A DNA stretch of 64,000 bases, from IMG/VR virus record IMGVR_UViG_3300025450_001231. The stretch is one strand, 5' to 3'. Shown piece by piece: positions 31,901 through 42,290 of the stretch (its first letter is position 1; each line of letters opens with the position of its first letter). The notes beneath the pieces were generated by a model. The model saw nothing but the letters and a program-made list of their open reading frames with translations. It had not been told where the DNA came from and searched no databases. Source of the DNA: a virus (taxonomy: Duplodnaviria; Caudoviricetes). The translations under genes were made by a program, and so were the position numbers.

Positions 31901-32890
31901 ACTGGTGTACAAGGACCACAAGGACCACAAGGACCACAGGGTATTACTGGCGCAGTAGGACCAACTGGCCCACAAGGAACTACCGGACCACAAGGACCTC
32001 AGGGACAAACAGGTAAAGATGGTGTTCAAGGACCACAGGGACCACAAGGTATTACTGGAAATGTAGGAGCACAAGGGCCACAAGGACCACAAGGTATAAT
32101 TGGTGTGCAAGGACCACAAGGACCAAGCGGAGTACAAGGGCCAACAGGACCACAAGGACCAAGCGGAGCACAAGGACCACAAGGAACCGCCGGCCCACAA
32201 GGTATACAAGGGCCAACTGGGGTACAAGGACCGCAAGGACCACAAGGCGTACAAGGACCCACTGGACCAATTACTGGTAGCAATACACAGGTAATTTTTA
32301 ATGCCAACGGACAACCAGGAGCTAGCAGTAACTTTACTTGGAATTCTCAGGGCAATGTGTTAGTTGCAAATGGTGCTGTAGTTAGTAATACATTGGTAAT
32401 CGGATCAAATATTACCAATGCTCAAACAATTACAGGCAACAGTTCCAGCGTAGTATTTGTTTCTAATTTAGATGTTACCTACGGCCAGTCAACTTTTAGC
32501 TTGACCATGGACCAGATGGCACTATATAGTAATGTTAGCGGAAATGTAACAGTAAATTATCCAGCAACTGTTGGACAATCCCCAGCGGCATTTTATATAG
32601 CAAATATTAGTAATAATTCTTGGTATATTTTTAATAATTTTCCAACTGGACCATCAAGTGCTGTAAACAATTACACTAGATCTGTAGTAATAACATTTGT
32701 TATAAATCAAGGAGCAACCCCCTATATCATCCAAGGATTGAATATTAATGGCACTCCTTATGTCACCAAATGGTTGGGTGGAACTGCCCCAACAGGTACT
32801 GCTAACAAATTAGAAATTATGAGTTTTGTTGCAATAGTAAGCAACGGTTCTGTATTAGCAATAACAGGCCAACTAGCAAGTTACGGATAA
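28991..32890 (+). CDS. Collagen-rich fibre protein (cassette gene B2)
   Basis: 1299 aa, starting 2 nt after the upstream stop. The N-terminus [15 protein letters not shown] is paralogous to 9470. It has two long collagen runs, and its C-terminal domain (VITFVINQG...KWLGGTAP) resembles that of 46474. Confidence 0.8.
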   Translation: MAISDSQKVDLLYKKLFGVTKTDTASDKAASNESVASPAFLRGDTIWVNSDQIPATAADVAGIVQSYTGTNAVQTTPDTTTVPVNGVYPTWKTGISNWIPPEFGSSYFVQVYAAPPNTPNPTTSGTQLYAAGEGGANPGEWYFDTVSGVLNFIGQTIPTALNSSNVIYITGYQYIGGVGIANAGSSTSSYTNSNVAAYLSSNNNVIISTTGNISTTKNINTNSNIIAGNITVNSNISTGNITVANNVTTKNIINSGNIISGNITSNSTITATGDITTNANVTAGNVIAVNSFSGNSIFASNYFYSNGTSIIASGPQGLQGPQGPSGVQGPQGTQGPRGLQGPSGPQGPSGVQGPTGVQGPQGPQGPTGIQGPTGVQGPQGVQGPTGIQGPTGLQGPTGVQGPTGVQGPQGVQGPTGIQGPTGLQGPSGAQGPQGVQGPTGIQGPTGLQGPTGVQGPSGVQGPTGIQGPTGLQGPTGLQGPSGVQGPTGIQGPTGLQGPSGVQGPTGAQGPQGPSGAQGPQGPSGSNGTPGTQGPQGPQGPSGSNGTPGTQGPQGPTGNQGPTGPQGPSGLNGPQGPSGPTGVFSGTTTQQIITTNTTPSTNTTTGALQVIGGAGIGGNLYVGGTAFVNVNASTISVNSITNASSISSSAFWGGTFYGNVIATTLSANSTVNSTGLGTGAITTLGGASVQQDLYVGGTIYANTLTTVNKTILSVTDPLLYLTSSNVYPYNYDVGFYSHFVGGTTANANANIYQHTGLIRNYVDNSWYLFSNATEPGGGLVDLANANLILDTLHLNGIVGSGNSTINGLTVNSSATIGTTLGVGGNISAANVVVLNGNVIANAFFYSNGLQAVGPQGPQGAQGPQGPIGVQGPTGVQGPTGPQGPSGAQGPQGVQGPQGITGNTGAQGPTGVQGPQGITGNTGAQGPTGVQGPQGPQGPQGITGNTGAQGPTGVQGPQGPQGITGNTGAQGPTGVQGPQGPQGPQGITGAVGPTGPQGTTGPQGPQGQTGKDGVQGPQGPQGITGNVGAQGPQGPQGIIGVQGPQGPSGVQGPTGPQGPSGAQGPQGTAGPQGIQGPTGVQGPQGPQGVQGPTGPITGSNTQVIFNANGQPGASSNFTWNSQGNVLVANGAVVSNTLVIGSNITNAQTITGNSSSVVFVSNLDVTYGQSTFSLTMDQMALYSNVSGNVTVNYPATVGQSPAAFYIANISNNSWYIFNNFPTGPSSAVNNYTRSVVITFVINQGATPYIIQGLNINGTPYVTKWLGGTAPTGTANKLEIMSFVAIVSNGSVLAITGQLASYG
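29929..30735 (+). repeat. Collagen-like run (~90 triplets)
   Basis: Uninterrupted Gly-X-Y dominated by GPT/G(V/I/L)Q. Confidence 0.9.
31544..32270 (+). repeat. Collagen-like run (~80 triplets) with four [15 protein letters not shown] units
   Basis: Near-identical DNA units are separated by variable numbers of GGACCACAA. Confidence 0.9.
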
Positions 32891-32894
32891 TATA

Positions 32895-35800
32895 ATGAGA
32901 ATATCAAGCATTTCTTACGTAGGAACCCATTTACCGAGACCATTATTGGTTGTAGTGATCTCTACTGGTTCATATAATTTTGCTTATGGGCAACCAGTTA
33001 GTGTAACACCGCTTACTGTAACCGGCGGAATTCCTCCTTATATATATTCGGCAAACACATTGCCGTCAGGACTTTCTATCGGTTCTTCTACTGGCACAAT
33101 CAGTGGAAAAGGTAATGCTCTAAGTGGAAATACTGCTTACCAAATTGTTGTTACTGACAGCACTCCAATTAAGCCACAAACATCAAATGCAAATATCTAT
33201 ATATCAATGGTTGCAACTGTACCTTGTGCACCTAGTATAGTATCTGCAACAGATGTTAATACAACTGCAGTTCAATTGATTTATACTGCACCAACTAACA
33301 ACGGTGGTTATCCAATTACCAGCTACATAGCAACAAGTAGTCCAGGTTCAATCCACGCAACATTAAGTACTGCAGGTAATGGAACCATGACGGTAACTGG
33401 TTTGACCACTGGTACTACTTATGCATTTACAGTGGCTGCGGTTAACAGTATTGGTACAGGACAACCTAGTGCGTGTAGTTCAAGTGTTTTGGTTGCTACT
33501 GTGCCAAATGTGGTAGTAGTTGGAACTCCTATCGTCAAACAAAATGTTGGAATGGCTATACCTTATACTGCGCCTAACAATAACGGTAGTGCTATTAGAT
33601 ACTTTGTAGCAAATGCAAATCCTGGCGGCATCACTGCAACTTTGAGTACTTCTAGTTCGGGCACAATTACTGTAACAGGATTGACCAAAGGTTCGTATTA
33701 TACATTCACAGTTACCGCAACAAATGGTGTAGGAACCAGTAATGTTAGTGCAAATACCGCTTGTAAACCATATGGTACAGTGCCCAATGCAGTTGTTATA
33801 TCAAATGTAGTACATATTAACAGTTCTCTTGGAAATACGGCCATCGGAGTTGTTTGGAATTTTGCAACCTGTTGCCATACTGGATTTACTCCTACGGCAA
33901 TTGTGGCAACAAGTCACCCAGGATGCCGAACAGCCACAGTAACAAGTTCAGCATCGCCCACAATTACAGTAACAGGATTAACTCCTGCTACTACATATTT
34001 TTTCACTGCATATGCAGTTAACGCAGTTGGACAAGGTTGTTGCAGTACACCTAGTGGATGTATCAACACCTACGGACCTCCAATTAGTCTAAGACAACCA
34101 ACAATAAACACCGTTATTCCTGGTGGATCCTATATTGTTGGCAACGCTATTCAAGTGGCGACTGGCGCTAATGTACCAAATTGTTGGTCGGCTTGTGGTC
34201 CCATTTTTGGTTGGACTTATCAATGGTTTAGATCTTGCGGTACATCATTAACTTCTAATCTTGCTCCTAGTACATATACTCCAGTATCCGGAGATGCTGG
34301 CAAGAACATTTATTTTGTACAAACAGCGGTAAGTTTATACGGATTCGGTAACACATCCGCTAATTCAAATTTAAGTCCTATTATTGGTTCTTCTAAGCCA
34401 CTCACTGCGCCTAATATTACCTCTGCAACTGGACAAGCTCCGTCGGGATATGCAAATATTACATTCACTGCTCCTACGTGTACTGGCGGTTCTACCATTA
34501 CTTCTTATGTGGTTCAAGAAAATCCGCAATCCGGAACTTGTCTTTCAACAAGATTTTCTACAATTAGTCAGTCTGGGGCAGGTACCATTACTATATCTGG
34601 ATTAATACCTGGAACAACATATAAATTTTATATTGCAGCAATTAATAGTTATGGTCAAGGACCATATAGCAATGCTAGTCCCTGTACGTTTACTTGGTAT
34701 TCGCCACAACTTAGTGCAAATCCAAGCATTGCTGGAACTGTTCGCAGCGGATCAACATTGACGGCAAACATAGGTACCTGGGCCAGCTATCCAGCAGCAA
34801 CATATGCTAATCAATGGTACAGGGGAAGTAGTGCTATTGGTGGAGCAACTGGGTCAACTTATGCGTTGACCAATTGTGATTTAGGATCAACAATAAAATT
34901 TCAAGTTACAGCCACAAATCCAATTGGTAGCAATGTAGCCCAAAGTCCGGCTACTGGAACAGTTCAGCCAGTACAGTTATCATTGACTGTTAACACAAGC
35001 GCATATAATTTTACAATAGGAAGTGCATATTCTTCTACTCCAGCAACAGCATCTGGAGGATTTGGCAACATAACATATGCAATTAGTGGAAATACATTGC
35101 CGACAGGATTAACTTTTTCCAATGCAGGTTTGTTGTATGGTACACTTACAGGAACGACTACACAAACAAATACTCAATATACCATAACTGCTACCTGTTC
35201 TTATTCAACTCCGCAACACGCAACAGGTACTATTGCTATAACAGTAAATGCCGCTCCACTTAGTGTTAGTTTCACTTGCAAAGGAACTTATAATCTTACA
35301 CTCAATCAATCTGCAGGTACAAATACCATAGTCAACTCGGTTAGCGGAGGTATACCTCCTTACTCGTATAGTGTATGTACTAGTCTGCCCACTGGTCTTA
35401 CTTTTGCCAATACTTATTTCTCAGGTACACCCACTGCGTTGCACTCACAATCTTTCTATGTATGGAAAGTCAGTGATAGTACTACCCCTACTGCGCAAAG
35501 TCAAACTCGTACCATAGGAATTGGTGTTTATCCAGCAGCATCAACAGTAACTTTTACTGCAGCAGGTACTTATACTTGGAGTGTTCCTAACGGAACAACT
35601 CAAGCAAGTGTTTTAGTAGTTGGCGGTGGTGGTGGCGGAGCAGGTAGCAATTGTTATCTTTCGCCTGGGGCAGGCGGAGGCGGAGCCGCTACTACAGTAT
35701 TAAATAATTTTACTGTAGCGTTTGGTCAAAATTATACAGGTCGAGTTGGTACACCAGGTTCTAAATTAGGAACTGCCGCACAAAGAACTGGGCAACCTTC

Positions 35801-36278
35801 ATACTTCAACGGTACAGGTTCAGGTAATGTAGTAGCCGGTGGTGGCGTTGGCGGTGGCATTGGCATAAACACTAAATCTGGTTCAGTTGGAGGCGGCGGT
35901 GGCGTTGGGCGCGGCAGTTGCGGTGGTGGTGGCGGTTGCGGTGGTACTGGAACCATCGGTGGCCGCGGCGGGGCCGGCGGAACAGGATCAGGGGGTACTA
36001 GCTATTCAGGAGGAGCCGGCGGATTTGCTTATAATACTTTTGTAGGTATAGCTTGCGGAGGAACCAATCCCTACGGTATGAACGGTGGAAAATCCGGACA
36101 ATATACTAACGCTGCAGCTACTAATGGTGTTGGGACGGCGTTAACTATATCTCCCACTACTGGGCCTTACGGTTTTGGTGGCGCTGGTCAAACAGCTAAA
36201 GGTTCGGGCGGCAGTTGCGGCGGAGGCGGAGCAGTAATGATTATATACGGAGGCGCTGGGTGTAACACTATAACTTAG
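32895..36278 (+). CDS. Ig/FN3 multidomain protein with glycine-rich C-terminal domain (cassette gene C2), Cys-rich
   Basis: 1127 aa. It has putative-Ig motifs (LPSGLSIGSSTGTISG, LPTGLTFS), about four FN3-like units (TYAFTVAAVN.IG), Ig-like units (TLTANIGTW...YANQWYRG) and a C-terminal polyglycine domain like 3296. Confidence 0.8.
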   Translation: MRISSISYVGTHLPRPLLVVVISTGSYNFAYGQPVSVTPLTVTGGIPPYIYSANTLPSGLSIGSSTGTISGKGNALSGNTAYQIVVTDSTPIKPQTSNANIYISMVATVPCAPSIVSATDVNTTAVQLIYTAPTNNGGYPITSYIATSSPGSIHATLSTAGNGTMTVTGLTTGTTYAFTVAAVNSIGTGQPSACSSSVLVATVPNVVVVGTPIVKQNVGMAIPYTAPNNNGSAIRYFVANANPGGITATLSTSSSGTITVTGLTKGSYYTFTVTATNGVGTSNVSANTACKPYGTVPNAVVISNVVHINSSLGNTAIGVVWNFATCCHTGFTPTAIVATSHPGCRTATVTSSASPTITVTGLTPATTYFFTAYAVNAVGQGCCSTPSGCINTYGPPISLRQPTINTVIPGGSYIVGNAIQVATGANVPNCWSACGPIFGWTYQWFRSCGTSLTSNLAPSTYTPVSGDAGKNIYFVQTAVSLYGFGNTSANSNLSPIIGSSKPLTAPNITSATGQAPSGYANITFTAPTCTGGSTITSYVVQENPQSGTCLSTRFSTISQSGAGTITISGLIPGTTYKFYIAAINSYGQGPYSNASPCTFTWYSPQLSANPSIAGTVRSGSTLTANIGTWASYPAATYANQWYRGSSAIGGATGSTYALTNCDLGSTIKFQVTATNPIGSNVAQSPATGTVQPVQLSLTVNTSAYNFTIGSAYSSTPATASGGFGNITYAISGNTLPTGLTFSNAGLLYGTLTGTTTQTNTQYTITATCSYSTPQHATGTIAITVNAAPLSVSFTCKGTYNLTLNQSAGTNTIVNSVSGGIPPYSYSVCTSLPTGLTFANTYFSGTPTALHSQSFYVWKVSDSTTPTAQSQTRTIGIGVYPAASTVTFTAAGTYTWSVPNGTTQASVLVVGGGGGGAGSNCYLSPGAGGGGAATTVLNNFTVAFGQNYTGRVGTPGSKLGTAAQRTGQPSYFNGTGSGNVVAGGGVGGGIGINTKSGSVGGGGGVGRGSCGGGGGCGGTGTIGGRGGAGGTGSGGTSYSGGAGGFAYNTFVGIACGGTNPYGMNGGKSGQYTNAAATNGVGTALTISPTTGPYGFGGAGQTAKGSGGSCGGGGAVMIIYGGAGCNTIT

Positions 36279-36286
36279 TATAAATA
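36279..36286 (+). promoter_or_regulatory. T4 late promoter consensus TATAAATA
   Basis: Exact 8-mer directly after the stop of 32895, 20 nt before the ATG at 36307. Confidence 0.7.
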
Positions 36287-36306
36287 CCCAATAGCCGAAG
36301 AAAAAT

Positions 36307-39300
36307 ATGTCATTAACCCGTGTTCAAGGATCCAATTTTAACAGTAATACTCTGACGATTTCAGAGCATTTACTGACTATTAACAAAGGTAATATATCCA
36401 ATAGAGATATTGGTCTCATCTTTGACCGCAGCACTTCTAGCCAAAGTAATGTTGCATTAATTTGGCAAGCCAGCACCAGCAATTTTGTATTAGGGTATAC
36501 AAACCAAAGCTATACAAATAACACAAATATTTCAGTTACCAGCAATGCTGATCTTACTGTTGCTAATCTCAATGTAAGTAACGGTATATCAATCAACGGT
36601 AATTTTGGTACCGCTGGTTATATACTACAAAGTACAGGAACAGGTGTACAATGGGTCAGTAATCCCAGTAGTTCTGTTAACATTAACCTAACTGGTAACT
36701 TAATTGCCGATTCAATTTATGCAAATATTATTGGTAATAGCAATTCGATTATTTACGGAACATTAAGTGCCAATACTGTAGCAAATATTGATTTTAGCCA
36801 CATTTCCAATCTTACTGTAACCGGTACTCTTAATGCAGGAATCGTACAGTCTGCAATTATTGGTAATGTTGGAGCAAGACTAATTGGTAATGGTAGCCAA
36901 ATCACTGGTATCACTGGCAGTCAAATTACCACTGCAGTGGCTAACGCAATTACTGCACAGTATGTAACTGGGCTAACAGCTGCCAATGTTGATACTGCAC
37001 TAGGTTATATACCCCTTGATTCCAATGGATCAGCAATATCGTCCGGAACTGCCCAGTATGTAACACAAGCAACACAAAGTAATATCACACAAGTTGGTAC
37101 ATTAACCAACTTAACAGTAGCAGGTACTATTAATGCAAATACTGTACAAGCACAAACAATAGGCAACGTCGGTGCAAGACTAATCGGTAATGGTAGCCAA
37201 ATCACTGGCATTATTGGTAGTCAAGTTGTTGGACCAGTTACTACTGCAATATATGTTACAGGATTGACCAACAGTAATGTAACTACTGCACTGGGCTATG
37301 TACCGATTGATTCTAATGCAACAATCAATACAGAATATGTAATACAAGGTATACAGAGTAATATTACACAAGTTGGTACACTAACTAACTTAACAGTCAG
37401 CGGAACTATTAATGCCAATGCTATGCAAGCCGCTACAATCGGTAATATTGGCGCTAGTTTTGTTGGTAACGGCAGTCAGATAACAGGTATCACTGGTAGT
37501 CAAATCGTCGGACCGGTAACTGATGCCGTCACGGCACAGTATGTAACTGGCTTAACGGCAGCCAACGTTGATACTGCATTGGGTTATGTACCGTTAAATT
37601 CCAATAGTTCTGCAGTCAGCGCAGGAACTGCACAATATGTAACTCAAGCAACACAAAGCAATATTACTGCAGTAGGCACATTAACCAACTTAACAGTAGC
37701 AGGTACAATTAACGCTAATACTGTACAAGCACAGACAATTGGTAACATTGGTGCCACGTTTATTGGTAACGGCAGTCAGATAACAGGTATTACTGGTAGC
37801 CAAGTATCTAATATCACCGGAAGTCAAATAGTTGGTGCAGTCACTACCGCACAATACGTAACTGGATTAACTAGCGGTAATGTAACTACTGCATTAGGTT
37901 ATGTACCTCTTAATTCAAATGCATCAATCAATGCACAATATGTAATACAACCAATTCAAAGTAATATTACTGCGGTTGGTACTCTGACTAATTTAACAGT
38001 CAGTGGCACTATTAATGCCAATACTGTGCAAGCACAAACAATTGGTAACATTGGTGCTGCATTCATCGGTAACGGCAGTCAGCTGACTAATCTAACTGGT
38101 GGACAAGTCACTGGTACAGTTGCCAATGCTACAACTGCACAGTATGTAACTGGTTTAACTAGCGGTAATGTAACCACCGCACTAGGTTATGTACCGATTA
38201 ATTCAAATTCTACCATAGCCACTGCAGGTACAGCACAGTATGTAACTCAAGCAATACAAAGTAATATTACACAGGTTGGTACTTTAACTAACTTAACTGT
38301 AGCAGGTACCATTAATGCCAATGCAGTACAGGCACAAACAATTGGTAATATCGGTGCTAGTTTTATTGGTAACGGCAGTCAGATCACAGGTATTACTGGC
38401 AGTCAAGTAGTTGGTACAGTTGCCAATGCTACTAATGCTGTTACTGCACAGTATGTAACTGGGTTAACTGCAGCCAACGTTGATACTGCTTTGGGATATA
38501 TCCCACTTAACTCCAATGGTACTGCAATATCGTCTGGAACTGCACAGTATGTAACACAAGCAACGCAAAGTAATATTACACAAGTTGGTACACTGACCAA
38601 TTTGATAGTAGCAGGTACAATTAACGCTAATACTGTACAAGCACAGACGATCGGTAATGTAGGCGCAACATTAATTGGCAATGGTAGTCAAATAACAAGT
38701 ATCACTGGTAGTCAGGTTATTGGTACAGTTACCAACGCAATTACTGCAGAGTATGTAACTGGACTAACAGCTGCTAATGTCGATACTGCATTGGGCTATG
38801 TCCCAATGGATTCAAATACATCTATTGCTACTGCAGGGACTGCACAGTACGTAACTCAAGCAACGCAAAGTAATATTACTCAAGTTGGTACATTGACTAA
38901 CTTGGTTGTTAGTGGCACGATTAACGCTAACACAGTACAAGCACAAACAATTGGTAATATCGGTGCAAGACTAATCGGTAATGGTAGCCAGTTAACTGGT
39001 ATTACTGGTGGCCAAATAACAGGAACGGTTGCCAATGCAACCAATGCAGTTACTGCAGAATATGTAACAGGATTGACAAGCAGTAATGTAACCACTGCAT
39101 TAACCTATGTGCCGTTGGATAGTAATGCAGCTGCTATAGCTGCAAATACAATTATATCTCCAATACAAAGCAATATCACTCAAGTCGGTACATTAACCAA
39201 TTTAGTTGTCAGTGGTACAATTAATGCAGGAACTGTACAAGCTGCTACAATTGGTAACATTGGTGCTACATTTATTGGTAATGGTTCTTCAATTACTGGA

Positions 39301-42273
39301 CTAACCGGTAGCCAAATTGGCAATATTACCGGCAGTCAAATTATTGGCGCAGTTACACTAGCAGTCACTGCACAAAGTGTAACTGGATTATCTAGTGCAA
39401 ATGTAACTACCGCATTAGGCTATGTGCCGTTAAATTCAAATAGTTCTGTCGCTACTGCAGGTACTGCTCAGTATGTAATCCAACCAATACAAAGTAATAT
39501 TACTCAAGTTGGTACGTTGACTAATTTGTATGTGTCGGGCACCATTAACACAGGCACAGTTGAAGCTGCAGTTATTGGTAATATTGGTGCTACAATTATA
39601 GGTAATGGCAGTCAGCTCACTGGAATTACTGGTAGTCAAGTAGTTGGTGCAGTAGCTACCGCAGTTACTGCAGAATATGTAACAGGATTGACTGCGGCCA
39701 ACGTTGATACTGCATTGGGCTATGTTCCGTTAGATTCTAATGCAACAATAGGAACTGCGGGTACTGCACAGTATGTAACACAATCAATACAAAGCAACAT
39801 TACCCAAGTTGGTATATTAAGTAATTTAATTGTAGCCGGAACTATCGAAAGCGGTGTAGTACAGGCTGCGGTTATTGGTAATATTGGCGCAACACTAATT
39901 GGTAATGGTAGTCAAATAACAGGTATCACTGGTAGTCAAATAACTGGAAGAGTTACCAGCGCTGTTACTGCTCAATATGTAACCGGACTAACTGCTGCTA
40001 ATGTTGACACAGCTTTAGGCTATGTACCATTGGATTCCAACGCTACTGTAGGTACTGCCAATCTAGCACAGTATGTAACACAAGCAATACAAAGCAACAT
40101 TACTGCGGTAGGTACATTAAGTAATTTAACTGTTGCTGGTACCATTAATGCCAACACCGTACAAGCTACCACCATTGGCAATATTGGTGCAACTTTAGTT
40201 GGTAATGGTAGTCAGATAACAGGTATTACTGGTAGTCAAGTAACAGGAACTGTTGCCAATGCAACCAACGCAGTTACTGCCGTTTATGTAACAAGGTTAA
40301 CCAGCGGTAATATAACAACGGCATTGGGCTATACTCCTTTAGATGCCAATACAGGTTCAGGCACTGCTAATCTAGCACAGTATGTGACTCAGCCAATTCA
40401 AAGCAATATCACTCAAGTCGGTACATTAACCAATTTAACTGTCAGCGGAACGATTGAAGGTAACATAATACAAGCCGCCACAATTGGTAATATTGGTGCT
40501 ACTTTTATTGGCAACGGAAGTCAACTCACAGGCATAACAGGTAGCCAAATTGTTGGCTCAGTGACTAATGCCGTCACGGCACAGTATGTAACTGGGCTAA
40601 CAGCTGCTAATGTTGATACTGCACTGGGTTATGTCCCATTAAATTCCAACAGTTCTGCAGTTAGTGCAGGAACTGCTTTATATGTAGTCGGTCCTACACA
40701 AAGTAACATTACTGCACTAGGAACTTTAACTAGTTTGTATGTGTCGGGCACTATCAATGCCAATACTGTACAAGCTTCGACCATTGGTAATATCGGCGCT
40801 ACTTTTATTGGCAATGGAAGTCAACTCACTGGTATCACTGGCAGCCAACTTGTTGGTCCAGTTACTACGGCAACTTATGTAACTAATTTAACTAGCTCAA
40901 ATGTAACAACGGCATTGGGCTATACTCCACTGGATGCCAATGCAGTTTCGGGTACTGCTAACCTAGCACAGTATGTAACACAACCAATACAAAGTAACAT
41001 TACACAAGTTGGTACTTTGTCTAACTTAACGGTTGCCGGCACAATTAATGCCAATACTGTACAAGCGCAAACCATTGGTAACATTGGTGCTACATTTATA
41101 GGTAATGGTAGACAATTAACTGGATTGATTGGCAGTCAGATTTCAGGAGCAGTAACGAATGCTGTCACTGCACAATATGTAACTGGTTTGACTGCGGCCA
41201 ATGTCGATACTGCACTAGGATATGTTCCTTTAGACAGTAATGCCAGTGCGGTATCAGCAGGAACTGCTCAGTATGTGACACAAGCAATTCAAAGCAATAT
41301 TACTCAAGTTGGTACATTGTCAAGTTTGAGTGTGGGCGGAACAATTAATGCAGTGACTGTACAGGCAGCCACTATTGGTAATACTGGTGCAGTATTGGCT
41401 GGAGCAAGTTTAACTACAGATGGCGATGTTACCATTGGCGGAAATCTAAGAGTCAATGGCAGTACTGTTACAATCAATAGAGAGATTGTTAACCAAGTCG
41501 AAATCGTTGGTGGTAATTTAATTGCCAATAGTAATGCAATTTCGACCAGTACCACAACAGGTGCATTGCAAGTATTAGGCGGTGTTGGTATTACTGGGGC
41601 AGTATTTGTGGGCGGGGTATTATCAGGATTGGCTGTAAGTGCTGCTACCATTGGTAATGCTGGCGCACAAATTACTGGTAACGGCAGTGGATTAATCAGT
41701 ATCACTGGCGCCAATGTAACTGGAACAGTTGCTAATGCTACCTATGCAATTACTGCAAATACTGCAAACTATGCCACTACTTCAGTTAGCTCAGGAACTG
41801 CACAATATGTAACCGGAAATACTCAGTCAAACATTACCAGTGTAGGCACACTAACTGGATTGACATTAAGCGGCACAATGTATGCAACCAGCATACAATC
41901 GCAGGTATTCGGTAATTTAGGTGCTACATTCAGTGGTGCAACATTTACTGCTACTGGAGGATTCCAAGGACCACTAAACGGGACATTAGGATCTTCAGGA
42001 GCAAACACAGCCGTAGTTACTACATTGAGTGCAAATGGAAATGCCACAGTAAGTGCATTAACAGTTAATAATAGTGCTACTATTGGTACTACGTTGAGTG
42101 TTGCCGGTAATATTACTGCTGGTAATATTATTGCTGGTGGTGTGCGTAGTACTACTAGTGGTACCGCTCCTGTCAATCCTGTAGTGGGCGATATGTGGTT
42201 TGATTCTACCAATTATGCGTTGCTAAGATGGACCTATGACGGTAGCAATAGCTTTTGGCTACAACTAGGTTAA
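36307..42273 (+). CDS. 1988 aa fibre protein with 15 tandem ~100 aa repeats
   Basis: The unit AQYVTGLTAANVDTALGYVPL(D/N)SN...QSNITQVGTLTNLTV.GTINANTVQAQTIGNIGA.(F/L)IGNGSQITGITGSQ was counted 15 times. The N-terminus is paralogous to 15949. Confidence 0.85.
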   Translation: MSLTRVQGSNFNSNTLTISEHLLTINKGNISNRDIGLIFDRSTSSQSNVALIWQASTSNFVLGYTNQSYTNNTNISVTSNADLTVANLNVSNGISINGNFGTAGYILQSTGTGVQWVSNPSSSVNINLTGNLIADSIYANIIGNSNSIIYGTLSANTVANIDFSHISNLTVTGTLNAGIVQSAIIGNVGARLIGNGSQITGITGSQITTAVANAITAQYVTGLTAANVDTALGYIPLDSNGSAISSGTAQYVTQATQSNITQVGTLTNLTVAGTINANTVQAQTIGNVGARLIGNGSQITGIIGSQVVGPVTTAIYVTGLTNSNVTTALGYVPIDSNATINTEYVIQGIQSNITQVGTLTNLTVSGTINANAMQAATIGNIGASFVGNGSQITGITGSQIVGPVTDAVTAQYVTGLTAANVDTALGYVPLNSNSSAVSAGTAQYVTQATQSNITAVGTLTNLTVAGTINANTVQAQTIGNIGATFIGNGSQITGITGSQVSNITGSQIVGAVTTAQYVTGLTSGNVTTALGYVPLNSNASINAQYVIQPIQSNITAVGTLTNLTVSGTINANTVQAQTIGNIGAAFIGNGSQLTNLTGGQVTGTVANATTAQYVTGLTSGNVTTALGYVPINSNSTIATAGTAQYVTQAIQSNITQVGTLTNLTVAGTINANAVQAQTIGNIGASFIGNGSQITGITGSQVVGTVANATNAVTAQYVTGLTAANVDTALGYIPLNSNGTAISSGTAQYVTQATQSNITQVGTLTNLIVAGTINANTVQAQTIGNVGATLIGNGSQITSITGSQVIGTVTNAITAEYVTGLTAANVDTALGYVPMDSNTSIATAGTAQYVTQATQSNITQVGTLTNLVVSGTINANTVQAQTIGNIGARLIGNGSQLTGITGGQITGTVANATNAVTAEYVTGLTSSNVTTALTYVPLDSNAAAIAANTIISPIQSNITQVGTLTNLVVSGTINAGTVQAATIGNIGATFIGNGSSITGLTGSQIGNITGSQIIGAVTLAVTAQSVTGLSSANVTTALGYVPLNSNSSVATAGTAQYVIQPIQSNITQVGTLTNLYVSGTINTGTVEAAVIGNIGATIIGNGSQLTGITGSQVVGAVATAVTAEYVTGLTAANVDTALGYVPLDSNATIGTAGTAQYVTQSIQSNITQVGILSNLIVAGTIESGVVQAAVIGNIGATLIGNGSQITGITGSQITGRVTSAVTAQYVTGLTAANVDTALGYVPLDSNATVGTANLAQYVTQAIQSNITAVGTLSNLTVAGTINANTVQATTIGNIGATLVGNGSQITGITGSQVTGTVANATNAVTAVYVTRLTSGNITTALGYTPLDANTGSGTANLAQYVTQPIQSNITQVGTLTNLTVSGTIEGNIIQAATIGNIGATFIGNGSQLTGITGSQIVGSVTNAVTAQYVTGLTAANVDTALGYVPLNSNSSAVSAGTALYVVGPTQSNITALGTLTSLYVSGTINANTVQASTIGNIGATFIGNGSQLTGITGSQLVGPVTTATYVTNLTSSNVTTALGYTPLDANAVSGTANLAQYVTQPIQSNITQVGTLSNLTVAGTINANTVQAQTIGNIGATFIGNGRQLTGLIGSQISGAVTNAVTAQYVTGLTAANVDTALGYVPLDSNASAVSAGTAQYVTQAIQSNITQVGTLSSLSVGGTINAVTVQAATIGNTGAVLAGASLTTDGDVTIGGNLRVNGSTVTINREIVNQVEIVGGNLIANSNAISTSTTTGALQVLGGVGITGAVFVGGVLSGLAVSAATIGNAGAQITGNGSGLISITGANVTGTVANATYAITANTANYATTSVSSGTAQYVTGNTQSNITSVGTLTGLTLSGTMYATSIQSQVFGNLGATFSGATFTATGGFQGPLNGTLGSSGANTAVVTTLSANGNATVSALTVNNSATIGTTLSVAGNITAGNIIAGGVRSTTSGTAPVNPVVGDMWFDSTNYALLRWTYDGSNSFWLQLG
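36800..41400 (+). repeat. 15 x ~300 bp intragenic tandem repeat
   Basis: The GY(V/I/T)P(L/I/M)(D/N)(S/A)N landmark was counted 15 times, at a mean spacing of about 300 bp. Confidence 0.9.
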
Positions 42274-42279
42274 ACAAGT

Positions 42280-42285
42280 TAAATA
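42280..42285 (+). promoter_or_regulatory. T4-late-type promoter core TAAATA
   Basis: 5 nt before the ATG at 42291. Confidence 0.55.
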
Positions 42286-42290
42286 ATATT

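Noticed and set aside
36800-41400. CRISPR-like repeat/spacer periodicity here and in the RCC1 blocks
   Set aside because: The repeats are in-frame coding units with third-position variation, not invariant repeats with unique spacers, and there are no cas genes.
15009-42290. Track starts at 15009 and 42255
   Set aside because: Both lie inside the upstream gene. The ATGs at 15039 (TAATG coupling) and 42291 (after TAAATA) fit better.
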